Assembly (NCBI GenBank): GCA_904063045.1
Contig: CAJFCJ010000009.1
Span: forward strand, 2,170,968 to 2,234,967
Origin: Dimorphilus gyrociliatus
Taxonomy: Eukaryota > Animalia > Annelida
DNA: 64,000 nt
Direction: 5' to 3'
Numbering within the stretch: position 1 is the first letter of the stretch; each line of letters opens with the position of its first letter. Made by a program: the position numbers and the translations under genes. Below the pieces are notes generated by a model, which worked only from the letters and a program-made list of their open reading frames with translations, was not told where the DNA came from and did not search any database. Positions 1-14,500 of the stretch are shown piece after piece.

Positions 1-1004
1 TCTTGAGAGAGAATAAGTTCAACTCCGCCTCTTCCCCAAATATAATTGATTCTTTTAGGAGATGTAAAGTCATCTTTAGATAAATCCGTACTGCTTAGCC
101 AACTGGGTAAAACTCTACCAGATATTTTATAGTGATATAAAGATAATAGATGATAGGATGAATCTTCTTTAATTGTAGTAGTTAAACTTTTCATTTTAAC
201 AGCTATGGCAATGCACCTGAAAGAGTTTCATATACTGTATTTACATAGAGTATATAGATAATGTTTGCTAATTTTTGCGATATTACTTATTTACGACAAT
301 AAAAAACAGTTAATATTATTAAGTTAAAATCTATTTTTATACTTTCTAAAGAGAAGAAAAAGCTTACTGTGTAGAAGCTATGAATGGTACAGGCGTTATC
401 CATAATGAATTTTTTAACGAATTATCCAAAGAAACTAATGAGGATTGTAGAATTATTGTAAAGTGAGATACTCTCTTATTAAAATTCTCATGGGAGCGAC
501 ACATTGGTTTCATCTCAACAATTGGATTTAATTCATTAATCCTATCTTGCCATCTTTCTACCTGTGAGATTTTATTAATTATATACAACTTTATCAAGCA
601 TGAATAATTAGGTAATTTCAAATTCTATTGATATAAATTTACATAAATGCCACGCTCTAAACAAGTCAAATCATGCTTTAAAGTAATAACAAATTGATTA
701 AATATGGCTGGATTTATAAAGTACTTTTTTTTTTGTAGCGTTTAATTAGCCTCTATTTATTTATAGATGTTATTACTTTAACGTATAAAGGGCAGTAGGT
801 AAACATTCCAGTTCCTTTGAATGGTGAAAACCTTTGAAAATCCTTTAATTTTCCAGTAACGTTAACAGGACAAGAAGAGGCAGAAATATTCTGCCCAGCG
901 AACTGTTGATCTAAAATAAACATTGATACTTTCCACAAGCATCTCTTAGCTACTGCATATCTTAAGCAAAACAGTATTATCAATGGGAATTGTATCATTG
1001 CCAT
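1..1004 (-). CDS. Unknown secreted or membrane protein, 3' end runs off the window
   Basis: The ATG at 1004 opens a signal-peptide-like segment (MAMIQFPLIILFCLRYAVA). Further exons lie at about 364-560 and 1-227. The phase-2 junction CA|gtaagc...cag|G TGC keeps the frame open to the window edge. I recognise no domain. Confidence 0.55.
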
Positions 1005-1644
1005 CTATTGATTGGCAAATATTTAAAAATTCTATGAATTTAATGAATATTATTAAGAGATTGTTCTTTTACGCTGTTGTTGCGTTTTTCTTTAATAATA
1101 ATTATTATATTTCAAGACAACAAATGAGATTCACTTGTTAATAACATTGATTAAAAAATATACAATTTTCTTTTTAAAAATGCTTATCACGTTACGTTTC
1201 TATAAAAGTTTTGTTGATTTCATATATAGAAGTCACAACCTCTTTCTCTATCACTATCCTTAAAGTATCACAGACGATGCACAAAGAGAGTTGAATCATT
1301 GTAGAAATTATTAAAAAATAAAAACATTTAAGGAATTTGGCAAAGAATTAAAAGCCACAGAACAAAAAATATATGTGTAAAACATATAATAAAAGTTGAT
1401 CGATTTCATGTGATTATGTTGTTGTTTTGGTGGTATTATACACTTTAAAAACATAAAATAAGTACTAATTGCTTATTGATGGACATCACATTACTTATTA
1501 CGGAAAGAAACATTAAAACAATACAAGAGGATTGTTTGCAGTATTTTAAAAACAAAATAAAAATGATGTACAATATTTGTAAAACATAAATAGGCGAAAA
1601 TAATATGTGCGTGTATATAGGTGTAAAAATGATCAATTTCATTG

Positions 1645-2023
1645 TTACGCGTTGCTTTGAGATCCAGCAGATCCAATTCTTACTTCATATTTATCACCAG
1701 CAGTGCCATTCCTCTTAAACCTTTTGAATATGTTTAAATTCGATAAGCTTGCTTTTAAATTTTGAGGTCTGTGTTCAATTAACCATCGACCTGAGCTTGT
1801 CGATGGATTCCTGTAAGCGTAGATAACCCAGCCAACTACACCAAATATTAATCCTAGTAGAACTAAAACAACAATTACAATAGCAACAACAGCTCCACTG
1901 TTGTTACTAGAGGACTTGCTCTTATCCTTCTTTCCGTGAGGTAGTGGCGTTGGTTTGGGAGTCCATCCTTCCTGATCACAACTTGTTGTATTTATATCCT
2001 AAAAGGAAGTTGAAGACTTATTA

Positions 2024-2078
<55 letters not shown>

Positions 2079-3657
2079 CGAGAGAGATCAATTTAAGAGG
2101 AAGAACTCAAACAAAAAGAAGGGAAAAACGTTCAGTGGAATGTTAAAAAACTGAAAAAAAAGGCAAATATAAAATATTCCTCTAAATCGTAGAAAAAGAG
2201 GAACAAACACATTAAATTATATCATTAATACTTTAATTTAGCACTTTCAAAGTTAATTAGGTATTCAAGAAAATAAGACTACTATATTAAATTCGTGTGT
2301 TTTTTGTCTATTTCTCAAGGTGATGGTATTATATCTTATCTCTTTTATGTTATTTTTAATTTTATTATCAGTTTATAGTAGCTTCTTCCTTAGCCTTATT
2401 CTTATCTTTTTTATAGTAAACTATCCGTTTCTTTTGTTAAACTCACTCGAGAATTGTCTATAGTATTTGTCGTGTCACTTTTACAATTATTCAAGCTCAT
2501 TTTCTGTAATGTTTATAATATAAAGAAAGAAATGAAACTTTAATAATTTAACAAGAAAAATGGAAATAAAAATTTAATAGAGGTGATTTAAGTTTGTTTT
2601 TTTAAAAAAGAAAACTTCAATTACAAAACTGGAGAAAAACAGAGATGAATGAAAACAAAAAGTACAAGTTGTTGTTGCTTTTTTAAAGAATTTCTTTTGT
2701 ATTTGTGGAAGTGAAACAGTTTTCACTTACAATTGAAGTTGTAGTTTCTTCACGTTTGTTATTATCAGTAGTTTTCAATGTTGATTTATGCGTTGTTTCA
2801 TCGGTATTTATTAATTTTGGAGAAGTTTTCATAATTGTAGAGAATTTTTCCCTTTGAATTGTCTTAGTTTGAATGTTAGTTTGTGTGCTAATATCTATTG
2901 TACTTTCTCTTTCAGTTATGGAGGTTATTGTACTTTCTCTTTCAATTGAGGAAGTTAATGCACTTAAAAATTCAAGAGTGGTAGTTTTAATTGCTTTCTT
3001 ATGTTTTTTCTTTGTTTTTTTTTGATGAGGACAAAATGTTATTTTCTATTTAGGACAAATGTTAATTAATAATTATCGGCTAAGAGTAAATGAAAACTCT
3101 ATAAACTAAGAGAGGAAAGGAGAGAAAGAAAGTATATATTCTATTTGCAAATATAATCTATCTATTATTTTCGTAATAAAACTGTAAAGGTATATTTTTT
3201 TGTTCCTTGTTTTTCGTTAAAGTCTCTAAACAACTAGCTATTCTCCTCACAATTTTATATTAGTTATATAAATTTAGGACATAAATTAAAGGAAAACAAG
3301 TTTTTTGATTCAACTACTTACTCTCATATGGCAACCATTACTGTAGTAAGATTGACGGAATCGATCGGTACCATCTGAACAATAGCCAGTTTCGGGACAC
3401 CAGTTGCAGTCAAAGCCAATTTTAGCTGTGACACATTTCCAACAATCTCTAATTTGTATGCAAGCTATAAAAAAAGAAAATTAAATGAGAAAATAGAGCA
3501 ACTACAATTTTCCTTCTTCTATCTCTTACTAGGTAATAGTTTTATTTCTACGGTTGTCCGATTTCCGATGTCATCAAAGCGTACATTTAGCGAATGATAT
3601 TCGAATATTCGTCTTCTAATGATGTCTAATAAAAATTTATCATATTAGAATAAGAAG

Positions 3658-3704
<47 letters not shown>

Positions 3705-5161
3705 TATAAAATTTATAGATATAATTTAAAAAATTACTTACTGCCCAGAATTTGATCTATATAATATGCATCAGATAATCCAACTGTAACTGGATGTTTC
3801 AAATCCGATATTTTTGCAATTTTTAATGGTAAATCCTTATAATTAAAATATATAAGACCATCGTTAAACCATACTACTTGAAAATGGAATGTTCCAGAGT
3901 TTTTATGATCTTTAATGTGTACTTTCCTCCATTCGGCCACAAAAACGGTCCTATTATATGCATAGTAAACAGTAGAATGTTCACCAATAGACGTATCAAT
4001 ATTGGCCATCAGAGGTGCCATGTATTGACAGCGGGTTATATGCTGATGTACAAAATCGCTTAAATACAGGAAACCTATTTAATTAGGGAGCGAAAATTGA
4101 AAATTTACATTAAAATTTCATAAATATTTTGATAATTTATAAGTATTACCTCCAGTTGTTATGGTAACTTTACTAATAAAGTGTCCATAGAAGATAAAAT
4201 TATACTTTAACTCGATCGTCTATGCATTAAAAATAAAAAAGTAGAAATCAAACTATAAAATATGTATATTTACAGCTCCAAGCCTATGAGCGTCTGATAG
4301 AGATACATGTTTGACTGTTTCTAATCCCTTATTGGACTTATCTAAATCAATCCATTTATCATCGAAATCTTTCCCAGTCTTTATAGTATATTCGTAATAT
4401 ATCCTCTTCTCCTATGAATGATAAAATGATATGTTCAATTCAATCTTGATGATTAATATTTTCATCATAGTTGAATGTATACTCAAATAAAGCATAAAAC
4501 ATTAATATTGAACAACAAATTGATATTTTTGTTTGCGTATACATTCATTATTGAACAGTAAAAGATATACCTCCTCAGCAAATGGGTCTTCTGTAGTGAC
4601 ACCTTCCCCACGAGTTGTTGGAATATCATTGATTTGGGTAGTAGTCTAATAAAAATAATAAAAACCAAGAGAATTAAGATTTTATTCAGTAAATTATTAT
4701 ATTTCTTATTAAATATAACTATTTTAACAAAAATATAAATAAACTGTACCTCGTTGCTGACTGATCTTTTAACCCTCTTATTATCATTCAATTTAAACGT
4801 TTCTACTGAATATTGCCTATTAATATTCTCCAATCGATATTCAACAGCTGAAATATGCTTGAAATAAATATCGGTGATTTACAATTAAGTACGCTTTTTT
4901 CACAGATACATAAATAATACACCAGGTAAGAAGAGTTGAAAATGAAGATACCTGTCTATAGGCCTACGTGTCTTATTTTGTAGAGATGGTAATAGACCTA
5001 AATAATCACTTCTGAGCGAATGTTAGATAGATTCACTGAAGTAACATAATACTAAAAATATTAAATGTTGACTTCTTACCATGATTAGGCGTTGTGATAG
5101 AAGAAACAATGAGTATAAAGCTAAAAATTCCGATCGGTAGGCTTGGAGTCCATTTTGCCAT
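1645..5161 (-). CDS. PLXDC: Plexin domain-containing protein (PLXDC/TEM7 family)
   Basis: Signal exon MAKWTPSLPIGIFSFILIVSS. NIDO-like region (VYYAYNRTVFVAEW...FHFQVVWFNDGLIYFNY...VGLSDAY). PSI domain CIQIRDCWKC...DCNWCPETGYCSDGTDRFRQ (3322-3464). Transmembrane helix followed by the family motif YAYRNPSTSSGRWLIEHRP. Stop at 1645. Confidence 0.9.
2029..2077. repeat. Compound microsatellite (AT)n(GA)n in a PLXDC intron
   Basis: Direct reading of the sequence. Confidence 0.95.
3660..3700. repeat. (AT)~20 microsatellite
   Basis: Direct reading of the sequence. Confidence 0.95.
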
Positions 5162-5548
5162 GATTAACTTCCTCGTGAATGCTAGAACGGGGACTGACTG
5201 AATGAAAAAGGGGAAATTAAAGATGGCGCTGGTAAAAAAAGGCACTTTATACCTCCAACAGAGTATTTCTCTGGGCATTTAATATTTTCGAAATAAAGTG
5301 CCATCTATGGTGTTTATTTAAAACGAAATAATAGGTCAATTTTCTATTATCTGACGTATTGGATAATTAGTATATGGAAATAATTGAACAGATCGCAAGT
5401 GTTTTTATAAATTTATGAATGTAGGAATATTGAATAAATTCGCTTAAAAGAACAAAAAGAACTTTAATTGATTAAACTGTACATATTACTGTATATACTA
5501 TATATTTATTTCTCGTTTATTGAGAATAGGAAGGAAAAGAACAATAAT

Positions 5549-8500
5549 TCACTGAAAAGTTGATTGGGTGCTGGCGTAAGGGTATAAATCTTTCAACCCG
5601 GCGCTCACAGTTGAATTAGGCAACTCATTTACAACTTCATGTAAGCCTATTCTAGCAGCTTGTTTTAACACGCATTCCGCATTTTCTTTACAATACGAAA
5701 TGAGGAATTTCATTAAGTTGGATTTTGTTGTATGACTACGCAATATCTCTTTTCTATGAAAGTAAAAAACAAAAATATTGATTTTTTAGTCTATAATCAA
5801 ATGTTTAAATATACCTTTCACAAATTTTTGTGATCAGCTCATCGGTAAGTTTATAGCGTACTTTAAAATCTTCTATAAATTGAAAATCTGAATTTAAGAT
5901 AATTCTATGGAATAGAATATTTGCCCATTCCCTTTGCATTTCATAAGCCTCTAATACAATATGAACGTGATGGCAATTCTTATGAGTCATAGCAAAGTTT
6001 AATGCTTCCTCTTTGTTGCAATTAACAATGTATCTCGTGGGTTTCGATGACAACAGAAAGATTTGTAAGGCTGATAATTTCGCTCTTCTTAGACAATTTT
6101 CAGCCAATTTTACGCAATCATTTTTTAAATATTCGCAAGAGGCTCTTTGATAATACTCTATTGAATTCTTTAGTAATTCTTCAAAACCTTTACCAACTTT
6201 TTCAGGCAGTGATTGTAGGCATACTTTAGCTAATTTTTCGTTTGCTTCGGCCATTTCTATATGCATACTAAAATTTCTCATAAGTAGATCGTAAATTTCA
6301 CCATCTCCCGCCTCATTAGGTTTCAAATAATCTAGCAAAGCCGTTCTTAAGCTTGCATCGTCTCTTTCTGCTTTTTGCATTAACATGCCAAGCTTCCCAT
6401 TGGACTTTAATACATCTAGTGCTTCGTACATTTCATTATAGCGTCTAATTCCAAGAATTAGTTGAATCTGTAGTATTGTTTTAATAGCAAAAAGAGTTTA
6501 ATTTGCCAAGATATTAATTAAGATAACTATATTACCAGCAACGAAAATTCCTGTCTACTCGCCAATGCAGCAGTTAATTTTCTGACTGCTAATAATACAT
6601 TACATATTCCTTCCGTATTACAGGAGATTGTGTGACAATCGTGAGCTTTTATCAATAGTTCAACATTTAGCGTTAGATGCTTTGAATCTGCATTTTCAAG
6701 ATTGAAATGTGAGACAAAACTCGTCAGATCATTCCCTAATAATGACGGAGCTGGACATATTTGTATTAATTGACTAACGCTGACTTCTTTATCTGTTATA
6801 TCTTTAATTAGACAAAAAAAGAATAAATAATTAATTATATGTGCTAGAGTCTGTTATTTATTTAACTTACGTCCATTTTCGAATGTTGATAGTATCATAT
6901 CAGATAGAAAGTGAGCAATTTTCTCATAGCTTAAATAGCTAAATTTCATAAAATCTTTAGTTAAAGTATATTTTGACTTTAATCTCTGATTAAGTAAAAG
7001 TTTAACAACAGAAAGAGCGTCTTCTTTAACTACGCTATCGTAGGTTAAATTGACTAATTTCGATATTTTATAGGTGACCAATATTCTTTCGCAATAACCG
7101 CTAAATTCAGGATTTACAACTGAACATAATAATTCAATGGCAGATGTTACTTCGTCATTTAATAGCTCTTCGTCATCTTCAATCCAACTAATAACTATTA
7201 ATTGAAAAGAATTTCATTGAAAGGGAAATGCTAAATTAGATTTTTTTTACCACTGGTACTCCTTGGCAAAGCGAACACACTAACAGAAGAATGCCGTTTA
7301 GGAGGTATTTCTTGTTGCCTTTGGCAACAAAGAATAGTTTTTAAATTCTCATCTATCGTATTTGGCGTAATTAAGGATTGAGCAAGACCCATACAATTCT
7401 ATACATTTATAATAGAAATCTATACACTCTATTAACGATTAGCAAACTAAATACTTACGAGAACAATAGTTAAATTATTCTCAGGACAGTTTAGCGTTTG
7501 ACAAAGTTCTATAGCTCTTAAAACATCCCCTTCCTCCAGAAGGAAGCAAACAATTTTCGATACTGCATTTTTTGTCTAAAAGAAATAAATAGAAAGAAAA
7601 TTATAAAAGAAATATAGAATTGCTTTTAAACAAAAATAACAAACATCTTTATCAATTAAACTTTCATGTTCGTAATGAAATTCTTTTAGGTTGAGATTCT
7701 GTGGTAAAAATTCAACAATCTTACGAAAGAGCTTAGTTTCTTCGTCAATTTTACATATTTGACCAGTCTGGAATACAGTAGAACAATAGTTAATTAATAT
7801 AATTTGTTATATAATATACAGTATATATATATAAAATCACCTTTTTCAATAATTCAATTTTACATTGCCAGTATTTCTTTGTAAAACTAGTAATAATATC
7901 TTTAGATTTTTCATCTAAACTTAGCCAATTTAACAAGAATTTTGTCAGTAGTAATTCTTCTTCAGCAGTTACTGACTCTAGTAACTCTTCCTGATAAAAT
8001 TGTATAGCTTTTTCAATTGAACAACGATTAGTCGTTAAAAGATCATTAGCCCAAAACCAAAATCGACGAATAACGCTAGAATTTTGTCTATTTTCCAGAT
8101 TTCTAGATTTAATTTTCTCGTATCTTATCTATATAAAGAATATTTTATAATTAAATGTTTGTTTTTGTCTTCTATCTCTTTGTTTTTAGTGTTTTTTTTT
8201 TATTACCTTTTTAAGACATATTGAATCGAGACTTAATGAATTTAACGATGCGAATGTCTTTGCATTTTCGTATTCATTAATTTTTAAGAATTTTTCGGTA
8301 ATCTCTTCAGTTTCTCTTTTATCTTTCTCTAATAGTTTACTCGGTAAAACTTTCATTTTATACTCTTGGCATAGAATTAAACTTTCAATTATATTTTCTA
8401 TGTTGCAATCTGCGACAAAATAGATTTGAAAGTAAAGTATTTTCTTTTTAAATTTTGTTTCTTAAAAGTATTATTAAAAAGTAATTAACCTTTTGGAAAT

Positions 8501-11500
8501 ATTTCATATTTGTTGAAAATGCGCATAACATCAATTGAAGAGGCTAAAGGTAGAATATCGGCTAATCTACCGGAAACGTTTGATGCAAAGTTTATGGTCC
8601 ATTCTTGATCAAAGACAGAGCAATTTGTGTGCACTTCTGATCTTGGTATCTATAAAGAGACATAGATAATTAGTAGTATTATTGGATATTATTTATTATA
8701 TGAAAATGTCTCTACACTAATCAAGAAGGCTTTGGCTTTCATGTTTAAGTTTTACGCAGAAATTATTAGTTAAGTGTGTTAGTTCCCGTGCAAGTTAATG
8801 AACGAAAATCATTAAAATTAGAAATTAATAGAGAATAAATGGAAAAAAAGAAGCCTGATAAAAGAAATGCTATTGATTTTTGATTGTATTTTTCCTGTTT
8901 GTACTAACGTAAAAATCCCATGGAATAAGAAATTCAGTTTCTGACTGTAAAGTTATGGACTTGATTTAAAGAGGATAAGATTAAAGAAACAAAATGAAGA
9001 TTAAATATAAGCTCTTTTTGTTACGCAATTTCGTTAAGGTTGATCTACTTACGTCTAATGCTGATTTATAACGTTGCAAATGTTCTATAGATTCTTCCAA
9101 GTAGCATCCAGAAGAACATTGTTTACAAAATGTTAGAAAATGAATAATTGCTAATGCCTGAAAATAATTTAGATTAGATTAGATTATTGTCAAATTGACG
9201 TAACGTAATAATTAATCTACTGGTGTAAATATCTTGAAACAATTCAGCACGATTGTAAGATAACCGTCATGTATGAGTGTTAGCGAAAAGTCGGAGAATT
9301 TCTCAATGCTCAATTGATTGTTCAAGTCAAGACTTTTCGATTCACTTTGACTTAATAGATATGAAGTCATTGCAGTTAGTAGCTCGACATTCTGAAATAG
9401 GGATATTTGTTTAGAAATACGAATGCTTAAGACGTAAGCTTACCTCATAACAGCTCGCTATGCAAGCTAATACTGGATTTTTATATTCTATTGCTATATT
9501 TGATAACATTTTAAAAGTGTCTTGGTGTCTTTCGCATGCTAAAACTAAACCAAGCAAATCTTCCGATTCAACTTCTGATAGCATTTTAGCAACTGAAATA
9601 AAGGATAATTAATGAAAAAGATGTACTAAAATTCCTCTCTTTCCCACATTACAACCTTTTTTCGGAGTAATTTCAATACGACTTTCGTCAGTCTCGTCAT
9701 CTGAAATGATATAGGTGATTAGGGATTATCTTATTAATTTCCTTCTTGAAAACACCTCCGAATATCTTTTGTTTAGTTTTTCTCGTAACTTTTGGAGTAC
9801 TATCACCAGTTAGTGAAGCCTTTTGAACGTTTTCAGCAGTAGTTATTACATAATGTAAGTGCTCTTGAAGAGCTTTATTTGTAAAGAACTTGAGATATTC
9901 GTAAAGCTATAAAAGTGAATAGAGTTGTAAGTACAATGTTATATAATGTGTTATATCATACTTCTCTTGATGGATACTGATAAAGATGAGAATAAAGAAT
10001 AAATGATAACCAATTATTATTACGGCTTGCATTTAAAAGAAATTTATTTGAGACTTCAACTGAGTATGATTTACAGAAAAGAGAAATCAAATTCCAATGT
10101 CTAAAGGTTTTACTATCCGATCTATAATTATTAAATATTAAATAATTAATTAATTATCATACGACAGTCTTAATTACTTACGGATCAAGTGAATCATTAT
10201 TTAAAGTATTGACAGCGGCTTCTTCAAAATCTTCTAAAATATTCGACAAATCTGCATTTTGCTTCTCCATACATTTCAGTAGAGATGATGCTGTTTAATA
10301 AAATTTAAAGCTTTAAAACAATTTGCATAATATATTCATAAATTAGAAAAAATATGAATGAATTTTTAACTAACTTATATTTTGTTGTAATTTTAATTCT
10401 AGTGGTCGTTTTTCTTCAATAGTACAATTGAGTATAGCTCTTCTGTAATCATAAATTACTTTAGCTATCTGTAGGTGAAGTCTTAGTGAAAAACTTTCAA
10501 GATCTGTGGAAGAAATGAAAATATTAATATGAATAAACAATCATAATAATTAATTAAATTAGCATACTATTACCTAGCATTTCTAAAAATGCTACACAAG
10601 AAGCGGATATATCGAGCTTCGTAAAATTTTGTAGAGCTATTCTACAAGTAGTTCTATAAGTTTCTTTCAATAATCTGTAATATACATATTATAAAAACAT
10701 CATGTAATGGATAAAATATAATAAAAAACCTTTTATTAATGCTATCTCCATCTTTAATATTTGAACTTTGTAAAAAGTTAAAAAATGCAAAACAAGGTCT
10801 GCTATGTTTGAGATAATGAACATAATTCAAATTAAATACAACTCCAAATCGTTTTGCGTAAATTTCTTGCGAAAAATGTGGACCTTTCTTAAAATCTATA
10901 AACAAAACTATATAAGATATAGCATTACTGCATGCATGCTTCATTTTTACCTTCATCTTTTGATAGACCTATTTCGTCTAGTGATGAATACTTTGTCTAT
11001 AGAAAAGAATAATTAAAGAATTAATGTATATACTATATGAGAATAATATTAATAATACTTTAATTGCATCATTCAACGTAATATGTTTACTATGGAAAGA
11101 TTTTTCATTATTTAGAAACCTTTGATACCAGTTGTAATTAGTCTCATCTCTTCCATCAATGTAGGTAAACTAATATTGTATGAATGTTGTAACATAATTA
11201 GTATACAGATATTAATTTAATAAAAAAAAATTACGTCTTCATCAGATAAAGATAACAGACAAACTCCTCTATCAATTTTATTGTTTTCAATCATTGCTTT
11301 CCAGGTTTTTATCTCTTGATTTAAGTATAACTGATTAGCTGACGCTATATTGTACAATTGTTTATCGGTATTATGTAACATATTTAAAGCTAATTTAATC
11401 CAGTTAATATTGAATTCCTCTAGTATTTCAGTGAATTTGTCCGATTGACTGAAACAAAATTAAATCAGTATGATAGTAATAACAATGGGAAATAAGTATA

Positions 11501-14500
11501 TGGTATAAAAGACTAACTTAATACAGAGAAATTTATAAAATAGATCAGGTAAATCTAGATCAATGCAGTATTTCACGAAATATCTATACGCTTCATCAAT
11601 TGTTAATGCTCCAAAATCGAATGGAATGTTTAAAGTGCCCAAATTCATAAGCGTTTCTTGACTTTTCGATAATCTTTGCAAGAATTTCAAGCCAGTCCCC
11701 TCATTCTTATCTTCCTCTTCTCTTGCAAATATACCTCCCCTTTTATTTGTAATATAATGAAGTTTTAATTTATTAATATAGAAATGTTTTAACAAAAGAA
11801 TATTAACCTATATAGATAATTAAGTATCTCTTCCCTTAATGATAGCGTACCAAGTTTCAAGTCTGATAGAGCATCAGGAAATATTTGAGTGTTAAATGGC
11901 CAACGGTTCACTGTGTTTCTTTTAAAAAAATAATTATCTATCCATAATTTCAATTCTGTTTCCTTTGAATATAATACAAAGTATTTCCAAGCTGCTTTTG
12001 TAATTTGGTTACTTTGGAATGGGGTGTCTACAAGGTTAAAAAATTAGTTATAAATAAAACAATACTCACTAATTTATTTATAAAAGTATTACCGTTTTTC
12101 CTCAATATAACGTCTAATAGAACGAATAGACGAGTCTCTTCAGTCCAATTTTCAACCCAATCAATTAAAGTATTAGAGTAATTACCAGAAATAACATTCG
12201 AAGTGGTTTGTTTACTAATATCTGAACAATTTACATTGATTTTCTCGGCAATACTCTCATATTTTGTAATTAGACTTAATCGTAGATGACTTGAAGAACT
12301 AATTAAATAAATGGAAAAGGCTAAATCTAAGAAATTTTAATAATAATAATAATAAACTGTTACTTTTTAGCTGAATTCTGCAAATGTTGTTTTGAAATAC
12401 TGAGTGATGGACATGGATATAAATCTTCTAATTTGTAGATATAATTAATAAGATCACTTTGAACTTCATCAAATAAATCTTTCTCTGTTAAAACATTTGT
12501 AAGATATCTCCTTAGTTTTTTATCTGGTGTAAATTTGCAAATTTTTCTTATTTCTTTTATCCAATCAAAACCCTAGTAGATTAAAGGGGTAAAAGAACAT
12601 TTAATAATCAATTCTAATAGTAAATACTAACTAACTCACCAAAGTTAATAAAAGCGAGCAAGCATCGTCAAGTTTTCTTTGACATAGGTTATTATAAACT
12701 TCATTTAATCCCAATTCAACAATTGATTTATGAGGATCAGTATCATTACAAATCTTGTCTAAATACAATTGAAGAAATCCAACATCTTGTATTTTTAATC
12801 CTTGTAGTATAGTTTGCTGTAATATTTATTATTTATTGTTATTATTTAATAAAAATTAAACAATTTTAAAAAACCTCTTTAGATAGCATTGACCATTCAT
12901 TCAATAATGTTATTTGTTTAGTATTTAATGGACAATCTCCTAATACTTGCATTGAATAATGGCGAGAAAATTTTATATCCTTCGTTAAGAGATTTCGAAA
13001 TTTAATTATAAAATTCATTAATGAATCTAGACAAATGATAATTTTTGATTCCAATAAATCAGTAGGTTCTTCAATTTGCTTTAACATTTTTAATGAATTA
13101 ACAGCATTCTTATTCATTTTATATAAATGCTCTAAGCATAATTTGAGCAGACTTTCGCCAAACTGTCTTGTTTGTAAGTTATCAATGTGTTCAATAACAG
13201 CATTTTCTAACAGAGATAATCCACAAATTGCCCTGGTTTCATCAACAGATCTTAAGTCAGTCAGCTTTTTTTCAATGGAAAACACTAGAAGAGAGACAAC
13301 AATTACTTATTGGATAGACAATCATTTGACTACACTAACTATTTTCTTTGCTTCTCAGATAAAATGCAACAGTATCAAGTTGTTTATGCTTTATTCCGTC
13401 CTTTAACGCTTGAATTGGAATTGTATAGGTATCCCAATCGTTCATATTGCATAAAACATCAGCAGTTGAGGCAGATGAATGTATGATAAGCTGAGAAATT
13501 TTATCATTAAAGATTATTCAAAATTAAGAGATAAAAGTTGTTCTGCTTACTCTATTAACTAAGTCTTCTTGCCTTAAATCCATAAATATTCCTTGAATAT
13601 CATTATTTGAATAAATTAAATGCGGAAACGTAATAGTCTCCGTTAAAATCATCTTTCCAAAATTAAAATGTGAATAGGAAAAACGGCCAGTTTTACTATT
13701 GATATCATATTCGTATAAACAATAATCGTTATTGGGAGTTTTTAAGAGAAATGCTATAATTTTAGAATTCATAACTGAAGAATCTTCTATTTCGTATGTA
13801 CCATCCAAAAGCGTAAAATAATTGGAAAACAAGTCGTTATCTGTTGAATTTTTTGATTTTTTAAAGCCGTTAACTACTCTTTTCTCATCAACTGTTCTAA
13901 TAAGTTCCGTCTTGGCCATGCATTCGAGTCCAACAGTACTGAACCATGAAGATTGTTCTTGAACATTTATACTAGCTGGTATGAATAAATTCCATTTGTA
14001 TTTTAGAAAATATTTCCTTAAATCCAGTATAAAACATTTTCTAGTTTCATATAAAATTAAATATGAATAGTCCGTTGTCATTTGAACATTTTTGACATCC
14101 TTTAATTGATAATTAATACTATCTAAGCTTATTTCGGCGATCTTTTCCCCTGTGCTTAAATTATAAAAGTCTTTAAAAATAAACCTGCTAAGGAAGAAGA
14201 TAATTATTTCATTGTTTCGAATTATTAGAAAAAAGATATCTAATTTTAGATTTTCTCTAAAAAAGGATACAGATAAATTTATCAGATAACGAAATAAAAC
14301 AATGTCCATATATGGATGTAATCTTTGATCCATCGTTCAATTCTAATTGACTTCTTATATAAGGTTTTTGCCCATCGAATAATTGTAAACAGGATATATT
14401 TCTTGACGTTCTAATATAGATTGAATTCTTTTTATTATCCCAAATTTGTAAATCATACTCTTCCCAATCTGAAGGAAATTATTTTAAAAGATATTAACAA

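Noticed and set aside
13524-14333. 269-aa track ORF as a single exon
   Set aside because: Its first ~55 codons are the wrong frame of the previous exon plus a 100-nt intron that happens to lack stops.
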